Below are positions 20,785 through 28,416 of a stretch of DNA of 64,000 nt, piece by piece. Numbering within the stretch: the stretch's first letter is position 1; each line of letters begins with the position of its first letter. The notes under the pieces were generated by a model. That model saw only the letters and a program-made list of their open reading frames with translations, ran no database searches and was not told the origin of the DNA. The position numbers were made by a program, and so were the translations under genes. The DNA is from Nitrospirota bacterium (GTDB taxonomy: Bacteria > Nitrospirota > Nitrospiria > Nitrospirales > Nitrospiraceae). Location of the stretch: NCBI GenBank assembly GCA_963700335.1, contig CAVOXE010000004.1:124633-188632 (forward strand), given 5' to 3'.

Positions 20785-21407
20785 ATGTATTGATCGTGGA
20801 TGATCATCCGTCGTTTCGTCGAGGGGTGAAAGAAATCTTGAATGAGGAACTCAGTCCGATCAAGTTCGGGGAAGCGTCGGATGCTCAAGAAATGTTGGAG
20901 TTGGTGAGGCGCAAGAAGTGGGACCTTATCGTTATGGACATCAGCATGCCAGGACTGACCGGCCCGGAAGCCCTGAAAGCCGTGAAGGAAATCCATCCGG
21001 CTCTTCCGGTGCTCGTGTTAAGTATGCATCCGGAAGACCAATATGCGATTCGCATGTTTAAAGCTGGAGCGGACGGGTACTTGACCAAGGCCAGCGCACC
21101 TAGCGAACTTGTCAGTGCAATTAAAAAGGTAATGATGGGCGGTCAATATGTGAGCCCTTCCCTGGGAGAAAAATTGGCCGTCACCGTCAAGGGCGGGACG
21201 GAACAAACTCCCCATCAGCGACTCTCGGACCGTGAATACCAAGTGCTGTGTCTGATCGCGTCTGGCAAAACCGTCAGTGAAGTGGCCGAGGTCGTGCATC
21301 TGAGCGTGACGACCATCAGCACCTATCGTGCGCGCATCTTGGAAAAAATGGGCATGAAGAATAACGCCGAGCTCACTCGCTACGCCATGCACGAGGGATT
21401 GGTCTAA
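20778..21407 (+). CDS. NarL/FixJ-family response regulator (receiver + LuxR-type HTH)
   Basis: VLIVDDHPSFRRG, DLIVMDISMPG, and the HTH LSDREYQVLCLIASGKTVSEVAEVVHLSVTTISTYRARILEKMG. Its start overlaps the kinase stop, which suggests translational coupling. Confidence 0.9.
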   Translation: MLNVLIVDDHPSFRRGVKEILNEELSPIKFGEASDAQEMLELVRRKKWDLIVMDISMPGLTGPEALKAVKEIHPALPVLVLSMHPEDQYAIRMFKAGADGYLTKASAPSELVSAIKKVMMGGQYVSPSLGEKLAVTVKGGTEQTPHQRLSDREYQVLCLIASGKTVSEVAEVVHLSVTTISTYRARILEKMGMKNNAELTRYAMHEGLV

Positions 21408-21568
21408 ACGTCGAACCCGCCATTGCCTTCTCTGTGTCGACCTGATCACGACATCCGACACCGAAAACATTTGACAGCAAAATGGCAGACCCGGTGATAG
21501 CCTCTCCTGGGGTGATCCGGTACACCAACACCAGTTCATGTAGGAGTTCTACTTCCAGGAGGTTCAGT

Positions 21569-21793
21569 ATGGATTCGGCGTGCATCCAGTGCCATCGATG
21601 CTTGGGATTAATGTGTCCCATCGACCTATGGGATTGGGAAAGTGGAACAGGGCAGGATACGTGCCGTGCCTTTCGCTGTTTGACGTGCGGCAATATCATC
21701 GACCGCCAAATCCTGCACAATCGCTTCGTCAATCAGGACCTTAGCCACAGTCTGCTCAGAAGTCGGGCGAGACACCACGTTCCTGCTTTCTAA
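21569..21793 (+). CDS. Small (74 aa) four-cysteine zinc-ribbon protein, paralogue of 9684..9848
   Basis: ATG at 21569 lies 6 nt after CCAGGAGG and is in frame with track ORF 21482..21793. Sequence: MDSACIQCHRCLGLMCPIDLWDWESGTGQDTCRAFRCLTCGNIIDRQIL... Confidence 0.5.
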   Translation: MDSACIQCHRCLGLMCPIDLWDWESGTGQDTCRAFRCLTCGNIIDRQILHNRFVNQDLSHSLLRSRARHHVPAF

Positions 21794-21824
21794 TACAGAC
21801 CTCAGAATTACGGAAGGAGGACCT

Positions 21825-22265
21825 ATGGCGGAGGGTGAAATGTCCCGCGACCGGCAGACCTCATCGACTCTACAAGAGGTTCAACAAGAAACCATTCTTC
21901 TTATCGACGACGAAGAACCAGTCCAGCAGATTGTCCGAGATATTTTAGCGCGGCGCGGGTACCGCGTCTTAGTCGCCTGCGACGGACCCGAAGCTCTGGC
22001 CGCCAGTCAAGACTTTTCTGGACCCATTCATCTTGTTCTCACGGATGTCGTCATGCCTCGCATGCATGGATGGGATGTGGCAAGAAGTTTGGCCGTCCAG
22101 CGTCCAGCGATTAAGATCCTTTTTATCTCAGGCTATCCGGAAAGCACGCTCTTTCAACGCGGTCCCAATTTGTTGGGGCGACACTTTTTGCAAAAGCCGT
22201 TTTTGGCCAATACACTGGTCCATAAGATTCGCCAAGTTCTCGATGATCCTCTCGATCGATCCTAA
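21825..22265 (+). CDS. Stand-alone CheY-like receiver protein
   Basis: ILLIDDEEPVQQIV, HLVLTDVVMPRMHG, ILFISGY and FLQKPF receiver motifs. GGAAGGAGG RBS. Confidence 0.82.
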   Translation: MAEGEMSRDRQTSSTLQEVQQETILLIDDEEPVQQIVRDILARRGYRVLVACDGPEALAASQDFSGPIHLVLTDVVMPRMHGWDVARSLAVQRPAIKILFISGYPESTLFQRGPNLLGRHFLQKPFLANTLVHKIRQVLDDPLDRS

Positions 22266-22390
22266 CGCCCCATCTGATTGCTTTTCTCACTCGACATTAA
22301 TCTTTTGAATCTTCCTCTTCGATCCACTACTCTAATGGGGCCGCTTCGCGGCCTAAGATCCAGCCGTAATCTCTTTGGAAGGAGGTTGTT

Positions 22391-22897
22391 ATGTTCAGCA
22401 GACTTGGAGCGATCGGTGCGCTTGGCCTGGTTCTCTTGACTGCCGCTTCCGCCTTGGCGGAAGACAGGAAGGTCGGTCCGGCCGATGGGTTTACCATCCA
22501 TGTCATGGCCCCCCATAAGTTCGAGGACGAAACCGTTCATGGCCCGTACCATCACTACTGCAAAGGGATTTCGCCTGAGATTCTGCAATGCCTTGTGTTC
22601 GAGTCGACGGACTCGAATGCGCTCTTGACCGACATCGAATATTTCGTCGCCAAGCCGATTGCGCGTGAATTGCCTCTCAATGTATGGAACCAGTTCTACC
22701 ACGATCATGAAGTGGAGATTGCGACGGGACGTGTTCAGGTGCTGGATATGCCGGAGGCAAAAGCTAAAGAAGTCGCGGCGGCGGCGGCGAAAACCGACGG
22801 GATTATTTTTCATCTCTGGCCACAGGGTGCGCCGGCGCCGACTGGGGAAGTGGGTCATCCACAATCCGTTGGCCACAAACCACGGACGCAGCAATAG
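22391..22897 (+). CDS. Secreted DUF1264-family protein
   Basis: Signal peptide (LVLLTAASALA). HGPYHHYCK and IEYFV...WNQFYHDHEVEIATG match the DUF1264 pattern. GGAAGGAGG RBS. Confidence 0.7.
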   Translation: MFSRLGAIGALGLVLLTAASALAEDRKVGPADGFTIHVMAPHKFEDETVHGPYHHYCKGISPEILQCLVFESTDSNALLTDIEYFVAKPIARELPLNVWNQFYHDHEVEIATGRVQVLDMPEAKAKEVAAAAAKTDGIIFHLWPQGAPAPTGEVGHPQSVGHKPRTQQ

Positions 22898-22906
22898 TCG
22901 CCGGAA

Positions 22907-22931
22907 AGAGCGGGCATTGTTTGCCCGCTCT
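22907..22931. terminator. Hairpin between convergent genes (candidate bidirectional terminator)
   Basis: A 10-bp perfect stem agagcgggca / tgcccgctct with a 5-nt loop, 10 nt after the DUF1264 stop. There is no clear U-tract. Confidence 0.4.
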
Positions 22932-22948
22932 GAAGCGACCCGCGACTG

Positions 22949-23623
22949 TTAAGAGATGAGAAAGCAGGATCGGATACGGATCAAGAACGCATCGACGGCC
23001 TGTCTGTCGGCGTGATGGGTACACCGCGCGAGCCTGCGCGTGGCCTCTTGTGTCCATTGTTCGGCGAGATCGATCACCTCTCCGGTGCGAAACGACTCCG
23101 CTTTCGCTCGAACGATGGTGGGCCCATCGGCGTTTCTGCTATACAAATTGTACACGTTCCCGCGTCGAGCAATTCGCAGAGATTGTATAAAACGCGCAGG
23201 TAGGTTGCCGCATATTTTGCAGGCCGTCCGTCCTTTGTTTCTAAGAACTTTGTGCGTTGATTCAATGCATAGCCGAGAAAACTGTCATAGGCCCGCCGAG
23301 GACTCCACACGGCAGGAAATAAATTGCGTAATTCCTCTCCCCACGAATCGAGACAGATGCTGGGCGCGAGGAAGGTTTCCAGGACCAGGGGATGGCACTG
23401 ATTGGCCAACGAAAGAAAGGGGCCGAGTTCCCAGCAGTTTCATCCTTTTCCCTTGGGGTCAGCGCGTGCCAGTGGATTTGTAGTTCAAGCGAACATGTTC
23501 GCTGTTGGGATAACATAGACACGGCGATAATCTCGATCGCTGAGGACCGGCCAACCCATGCGCATGGGATCCGACCAATACTCTGAGAATGGTATGGCCA
23601 TCAACGGGGCTCGTGTCCGTCAT
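22949..23623 (-). pseudogene. RlaP-like (DNA polymerase beta superfamily) nucleotidyltransferase remnant with at least 3 frameshifts
   Basis: The N-terminus MTDTSPVDGHTILRVLVGSHAHGLAGPQ has the NTase G-S motif. Later pieces lie in other frames: ...LVLETFLAPS...SFLGYALNQRTKF...KYAATYLRVLYNLCELLDAG, then ...RAKAESFRTGEVIDLAEQW...AVDAFLIRIR. The pieces come from track ORFs 23459..23944, 23262..23522, 23074..23409 and 22949..23155. Confidence 0.45.
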
Positions 23624-23717
23624 TGTATTACGACTTATCACTCCGTCGTGTGATAGGACCGATAACAGAGAGTCACTGGGAGCCTGAGCATGATGCTGAC
23701 AAACGTTGGTCTGCGGA

Positions 23718-24404
23718 ATGAAAGCGCCTAGAAGAAGAAACCCAGCCATGACTGCGATCGTCTGGATTGCCCTGATGAGTGTTGTGTATACAGGATGCAG
23801 TGGAGGGAGGTCGGCGGAGCGCAATCCGACGCCGTCGATCCCTTGTTGCACGTTGAAGTCCGGCAATTCGCTACAGACGGCCATCGCCGATACAGCGGCC
23901 CGTCTCGTCGGCGCACGAACCATTCGAGCAGGCCACCGGCTCATTGCCTATGACTGTGCCGGCGTCACACATGCCGTATTTCTTGCGCATGGGATCGATC
24001 TGTATGACGGCATCGCTGCATCGGAGGAGACCACCGGCGTTCGACGCATTCATGCGTATGTTCATCGACACGGACGACTACACCGTGGGCCGGAAGTTAG
24101 CCCAGGCGATCTTGTATTTTTCGATAACACGTGGGACGCGAATGGTGACGGCACGCAGAATGATCCGCTCACGCACATTGGCGTGGTGGAAGGAGTGGAG
24201 CCTGACGGAACCGTCAGTTTTATCAGTCGGACCGCAAGCGCGATTGAACGGTATCGAATGAACCTTCGATGGCCCAATAATTCAATGACGTCTGAGGGAC
24301 GGACATTGAATGATTTTTTGCGACGAAAGAAATCGGGAGACGATGCCGAGACGGCCTACCTAACGGGGCAATTATTCCTTGAATTCGGGAGCTTACAGAA
24401 GTAA
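23718..24404 (+). CDS. NlpC/P60-family lipoprotein (cell-wall peptidase-like)
   Basis: Lipobox (MSVVYTGC). Catalytic-type Cys context YDCAGVTHAVFLAHGIDL, then GDLVFFDN and LTHIGVV. Track ORF starts at 23706. Confidence 0.7.
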   Translation: MKAPRRRNPAMTAIVWIALMSVVYTGCSGGRSAERNPTPSIPCCTLKSGNSLQTAIADTAARLVGARTIRAGHRLIAYDCAGVTHAVFLAHGIDLYDGIAASEETTGVRRIHAYVHRHGRLHRGPEVSPGDLVFFDNTWDANGDGTQNDPLTHIGVVEGVEPDGTVSFISRTASAIERYRMNLRWPNNSMTSEGRTLNDFLRRKKSGDDAETAYLTGQLFLEFGSLQK

Positions 24405-24579
24405 CGCAGGGTCTACTCTTGGCCCTCAAAATTGTGGTTTCTGGTCGTTAAAAGAAATAAATAACAAATAATAGGTGTTGATTGGACGCACGCAGTCCGT
24501 ATTGCGTGATGGGCTTGTGTTCTTTGTACGCCTAGCATAGGATGCGCGTCAATTTCAGCCTTGAGCCGAGGAGGATGGC

Positions 24580-24819
24580 ATGAAGCAGTTGAAAAGCCAT
24601 GGCAAGGGACATGTAGATTTGACGCAAGAAGAGGAAGAAAACCTCCGACGCAAACTACTAAAACGCGCTCGTAACGGGGACGGTAAGGCCCAAGCAGAGT
24701 TAATGGCTTCTTACGGTGTGAGAGTCTATTCGGAGTCGGAGCGCGCAGCGTTGTCCCATTATACGGTGACAAAACCGGCTCGTCGCAAGAGTGCAAAGCC
24801 TACTCGGAAAAAATCGTGA
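24580..24819 (+). CDS. Small basic hypothetical protein
   Basis: 79-aa ORF with GAGGAGGA RBS. Lys/Arg-rich C-terminus. No family recognised. Confidence 0.45.
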   Translation: MKQLKSHGKGHVDLTQEEEENLRRKLLKRARNGDGKAQAELMASYGVRVYSESERAALSHYTVTKPARRKSAKPTRKKS

Positions 24820-24944
24820 ATTGTATGGCTCAAATGGAAGTCTTACAGAAAGTTCATCCCGGTCCTGACAGGAAAGCATCAGGCCCATCTTTAAAGTACC
24901 CCATCTGAGGTAGAGCACAGTGTGCATAACGACAAGGAGCGATT

Positions 24945-25223
24945 ATGGGTCGGACTGTGAGGACACACACACGGAATCAGCGGTCCATTCCGGCGTTGAC
25001 TCCACGACAGCAGCAGATCTTGAGTCTCATTACGGATGGGTTTACCAGTCGTGAGATTGGGAAACAATTAAAAATCAGCGTTCAGACCGTTGAAGTCCAT
25101 CGATTTAATTTGATGCGGCGGCTCGACGTGCGGAATGTGGCACAATTAATTCGTCAGGCGCTCGTTTTGGACTACCTCCCCAAATCTTATCCTCAAAGGC
25201 CGGTGACGCCGGCGCATTCCTAA
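24945..25223 (+). CDS. LuxR/GerE-type HTH solo regulator (EpsA-like position at the head of the PEP-CTERM/EPS locus)
   Basis: LTPRQQQILSLITDGFTSREIGKQLKISVQTVEVHRFNLMRRLDVRNVAQLI is a canonical GerE HTH. There is no receiver or ligand domain. AAGGAG RBS. Confidence 0.8.
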   Translation: MGRTVRTHTRNQRSIPALTPRQQQILSLITDGFTSREIGKQLKISVQTVEVHRFNLMRRLDVRNVAQLIRQALVLDYLPKSYPQRPVTPAHS

Positions 25224-25241
25224 GTTCAAGATTATTCTTGC

Positions 25242-25332
25242 GGAGAGGTGCGAGAGTGGCTGAATCGAGCGGGGAGTGATCCCTGCTATTCGGGAAACCG
25301 GATCGGATGTTCGAATCGTCCCCTCTCCGCCA
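25242..25332 (+). tRNA. Class-II (Ser-type body) tRNA-like gene with a non-canonical anticodon arm
   Basis: Manual fold. Acceptor GGAGAGG/CCTCTCC, discriminator G and encoded CCA. D-arm CGA-GAGTGGCTGAA-TCG. Long variable arm ATTCGG-GAAA-CCGGAT. T-arm GGATG-TTCGAAT-CGTCC. The anticodon position holds an 8-bp stem (25268-25275 / 25280-25287) closed by GUGA. Read as a 7-nt loop it would be GAGUGAU, which lacks U33. Confidence 0.55.
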
Positions 25333-25434
25333 GCCTTGCCTCTGCGCCGTTTAGTTCGGCTCACTGCACCTGTCTCCCTTCACTCGTCCGCCTGACTGTA
25401 TTTTGCTGCCTCTCCGAAGTTTTTCGAGAGGGGT

Positions 25435-25629
25435 TTATTTTGCACGAATAAGGAACAAGCAAATATGTATGACGACCAAGGTATAGAGCATCTCAAGCGA
25501 GGCGGGGAGTTTTCGTCCGAGAATAGCCTCCTCGTAAAACAAGGGAGCTAGTCCGACGAGAAGAATCAGAGCGGAAATAAGGCCGGGACGAAAGAGAGTT
25601 TTAAGCCGTGAAGCCGTCCTGAATTTCAC
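25435..25629 (-). CDS. Possible small two-helix membrane protein
   Basis: 64-aa ORF with a GTG start and AGGAA 9 nt upstream. It has two hydrophobic segments. It could be spurious. Confidence 0.25.
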   Translation of the reverse strand: MKFRTASRLKTLFRPGLISALILLVGLAPLFYEEAILGRKLPASLEMLYTLVVIHICLFLIRAK

Positions 25630-25979
25630 AATCTCATTCCTGTGAGGTAAAGGAAGTCAGCGTGGCCACAGTGTAAAAGATCAAATCACCAGAAACAATG
25701 CGACAAAAGTCGCTTCACCTTTGGCATTATATAAGGACTAATCTGCCGACAGGCGCAACCTCGTTTAAGCAATTGCCAACTACCAAAAGAGATTGTGGCA
25801 GACCATGAAACCGCCTGGATGTACATCTCCTGTCTGAGTTTGTACCTTCCACAAATAACCCAAGCAATACGAAATAAGATTGGCGCACGAGACTTTGGAC
25901 GTAAGCCACCCGTCTAATAGTTTCAGCCTAACGACACTGGTACAAAGATGCATCGCCCCATTCCATGATGGAGGTCTGT

Positions 25980-26267
25980 ATGCATGCACGAACGCTCTTT
26001 GCAGTGATCCTTGCCGTGCCGGTTATTTTCCTGACCGCTATGGACGTCGAACCGGCCGGAGCGATGTCTTTTGGTAATCATCACAATAATGGCGGTGGAT
26101 CGGCTCCCAGCAATGCTGGAAACAGCATATCTTCATCGTCGACTTCGACCATCACGTCGTTGGATGCGCCTCCATATATGACCCCGGTGCCTGAACCCTC
26201 AAGTATCGTGCTCTTAGGATCGGGAATATTCGCGTTGGGATGGTGGCGATACAGACGACATAATTAG
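25980..26267 (+). CDS. PEP-CTERM sorting-domain protein (small Ser/Gly/Asn-rich exosortase cargo)
   Basis: Signal peptide MHARTLFAVILAVPVIFLTAMDVEPAGA. Low-complexity middle. C-terminus VPEPSSIVLLGSGIFALGWWRYRRHN gives the PEP motif, a TM helix and a basic tail. GGAGG lies 5 nt before the ATG at 25980. Confidence 0.82.
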   Translation: MHARTLFAVILAVPVIFLTAMDVEPAGAMSFGNHHNNGGGSAPSNAGNSISSSSTSTITSLDAPPYMTPVPEPSSIVLLGSGIFALGWWRYRRHN

Positions 26268-26586
26268 TCGAATTGACGGTTTCTGCCCCAGTCGGGTTGA
26301 TCACTCGCTTGTGCGACGTGGTCGGTGAGTCGTCGAGTTTTTCGTCTCGTTCGAGACATGCACTGTAAGTGAAATGGCGGAGCTCCATGTGCTATCCGCC
26401 CGCCGTGAAATTGCTGCAGCGACTATGAGGTTCTCACCTACTGTAATGCAGTTCAATTTCTTTATGTTTTGAAATCCTGACCAGTCCTGCTCTTTGCCGG
26501 TGCAAAGGCATCGAAGCTATGATACATCCTGTTTTTTGGATCAGGAAAACACGAGGCAGGCGAAATCAAGTTATGCATCTCTGCCG

Positions 26587-27792
26587 ATGAATACTAAAAC
26601 GACGGACTTTCTTGTAATCGGTGGTGGGGTCATAGGCCTTAATATCGCCCGCGACTTGCGCGCACGCTATGGTGCCTCCCGGGTGACGCTTATTGAAAAA
26701 GAGTCGGATTGTGGTCTCCATGCCAGTGGACGAAATAGTGGGGTGCTGCATGCCGGATTTTATTATGCCCCCGATTCTCTCAAAGCCGCATTCACGCGTG
26801 GAGGCAACCAAGAGCTGACGGCATACTGCGAAGCGAAGGATCTGCCTATCAACCGATGTGGAAAGTTGGTTGTCGCTAAAAACCGGCAGGATCATCCAGC
26901 GCTCGATGAACTTCGTCGGCGTGGCGAGGCAAACGGCATTTCGTTGCAAGAAATTTCCGAGCATGAGGCGAAGGAGATCGAGCCGCGAGTCAAGACCTTC
27001 GAGCGGGCTCTCTTTTCGCCAACGACTTCGACGGTCGATCCCCGACGAGTGCTAAGTGCGATGAAGACCGATGCAATCAAGGAAGGAGTTGTGGTCGAAG
27101 CGGGCGTACGGTATATCCGCCGCAGTGGCTCAGCTCTTATTACCTCCACCGGCTCTTATCAGGCTGGGTATGTGGTGAACGCCGCCGGTTTGTACGCAGA
27201 TCGGATCGCTCGCGACTTCGGATTCTCCGACCGATATCGGATTCTGCCGTTTAAGGGCTTGTACCTCTACGCGAACGAGGAGGCGGCCGCCCTCCGGACG
27301 AACGTGTATCCAGTGCCGGATCTCGGCAATCCGTTCTTGGGCGTTCATTTCACCGTGACCGTTGATGGCCACGCGAAGATTGGCCCGACTGCAATTCCCG
27401 CGCTCTGGCGAGAGCACTATCGGGGGTATCAAGGCTTTAAGTTGGGAGAGTTTGCTGAAATCCTTGTGAGGACTTTTGGCCTGATCGCCTTGTCGGCATT
27501 TGATTTCAAACGATTGGCGGTGAGGGAATTGGCCAAGTATTCTCGTGCCCGACTCGTGTCTCAAGCGGCGGCCTTATTGGAAGGCGTCCATCTCAATCAT
27601 TATCGGACATGGGGCCCCGCCGGCATTCGAGCTCAACTGCTTGATCTCAAGCAGCGTAAACTCGAAATGGATTTCGTATTGGAAGGCGATGACCGATCCA
27701 TGCATGTGCTCAATGCTGTTTCACCAGCCTTCACGTGCTCTCTTCCATTTTCGCGCCATGTGGTCGACCGCATTGCTGCACTCGTGAAATAG
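26587..27792 (+). CDS. lhgO: FAD-dependent L-2-hydroxyglutarate oxidase-like oxidoreductase
   Basis: DFLVIGGGVIGL dinucleotide fold, HASGRNSGVLHAGFYYAPDSLKA and CGKLVVA are collinear with LhgO/YgaF. The ATG at 26587 gives ~401 aa. Track ORF starts at 26494. Confidence 0.72.
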   Translation: MNTKTTDFLVIGGGVIGLNIARDLRARYGASRVTLIEKESDCGLHASGRNSGVLHAGFYYAPDSLKAAFTRGGNQELTAYCEAKDLPINRCGKLVVAKNRQDHPALDELRRRGEANGISLQEISEHEAKEIEPRVKTFERALFSPTTSTVDPRRVLSAMKTDAIKEGVVVEAGVRYIRRSGSALITSTGSYQAGYVVNAAGLYADRIARDFGFSDRYRILPFKGLYLYANEEAAALRTNVYPVPDLGNPFLGVHFTVTVDGHAKIGPTAIPALWREHYRGYQGFKLGEFAEILVRTFGLIALSAFDFKRLAVRELAKYSRARLVSQAAALLEGVHLNHYRTWGPAGIRAQLLDLKQRKLEMDFVLEGDDRSMHVLNAVSPAFTCSLPFSRHVVDRIAALVK

Positions 27793-28416
27793 AGAAAGAA
27801 CGCCAGGAGCTTCCATGAATCAACTTCAATATGGTGGGAGGGGACGATTTCGTAATCCAAAGGTTTACAGAATAATCGCTCCATATTATCTTACAAGTAA
27901 ATACTTGTATCAGTCCTAAGGCTCAATCTAATACTTCTTTTGTGTATTACGCATAATAGGGTAAAATACTGGTATAGATAGGTGCACTGGTGTATAGCGA
28001 ACCATTTCCTTTAAAAATATCAACAAGAGAATCATCTTAGATGCAGCCATCCATCCGTTATGGATTACGCAAAAGTACTATTTTTATCGAATGATTGGCG
28101 GAAGGCATTGATTGTGTTGATTCCAAGAGGCGTGCCTTTGGACAGATTTTGACCTCCAGTTGGTATTTTAGTCCTACACATGCACTTCCTAAATACGCTC
28201 AACATTTTCAGTAAATTCTACGTGGCCCTCGTTTCCTTCACAGTTTACATTAACGTCGCCCCTGAATCGTAACGCACTGCTCTCTAAAGCATTCAGGTGC
28301 GAAAGTGTAAGCGAGATGGCGGAGCTATACACTTCTTTTCGCTGACGATCGGGTAGTCTAGTCCATGGGGTTAGAGCCACTCAGCTCTACAAGAAGAAGA
28401 AATTGGGGTTTGGATC
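27793..28416 (+). promoter_or_regulatory. AT-rich ~620-bp non-coding leader ahead of the EPS operon
   Basis: No credible ORF. Visibly lower GC than the flanks, especially 27.85-28.2 kb. It directly precedes the NusG-like gene that opens a >30-kb run of same-strand genes. The exact promoter was not identified. Confidence 0.45.

Noticed and set aside
22262-22894. 210-aa antisense ORF opposite the DUF1264 gene
   Set aside because: Arg-rich, low-complexity translation. The + strand ORF has a signal peptide, an RBS and family motifs.
23624-23944. Upstream 107 codons of track ORF 23459..23944(-)
   Set aside because: They overlap the well-supported NlpC/P60 lipoprotein gene on the opposite strand. 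Nucleotidyltransferase homology begins only at the ATG at 23623.
25242-25332. The tRNA-like element read as tRNA-Sec, tmRNA or an ordinary tRNA-Ser
   Set aside because: - tRNA-Sec: there is no 8-bp acceptor with 6-bp D-stem geometry and no UCA loop.
- tmRNA: at 91 nt with contiguous ends it is far too short.
- tRNA-Ser: no Ser anticodon (UGA, CGA, GGA or GCU) can be placed in a 7-nt loop with U33.
25409-25440. Weak hairpin (cctctc...gagagg) plus T-run as a terminator of the tRNA-like RNA
   Set aside because: It has only a 6-bp stem with an 11-nt loop and overlaps a possible minus-strand small ORF. This is not convincing enough to list as a feature.
25937-25952. Sigma-54-like promoter (CTGGTAC-N-TGCAT) ~30 nt upstream of the PEP-CTERM gene
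   Set aside because: The GG-to-GC spacing is 9 nt instead of the required 10, and the -12 element lacks the TTGC consensus. The evidence is too weak.
28097-28110. GGCGGAAGGCATTG in the leader as a canonical RfaH ops element
   Set aside because: It deviates from GGCGGTAGnnTG at the critical T6 and in the 3' TG spacing. The repeated 21-nt motif at 28306 is the better, though still tentative, candidate.
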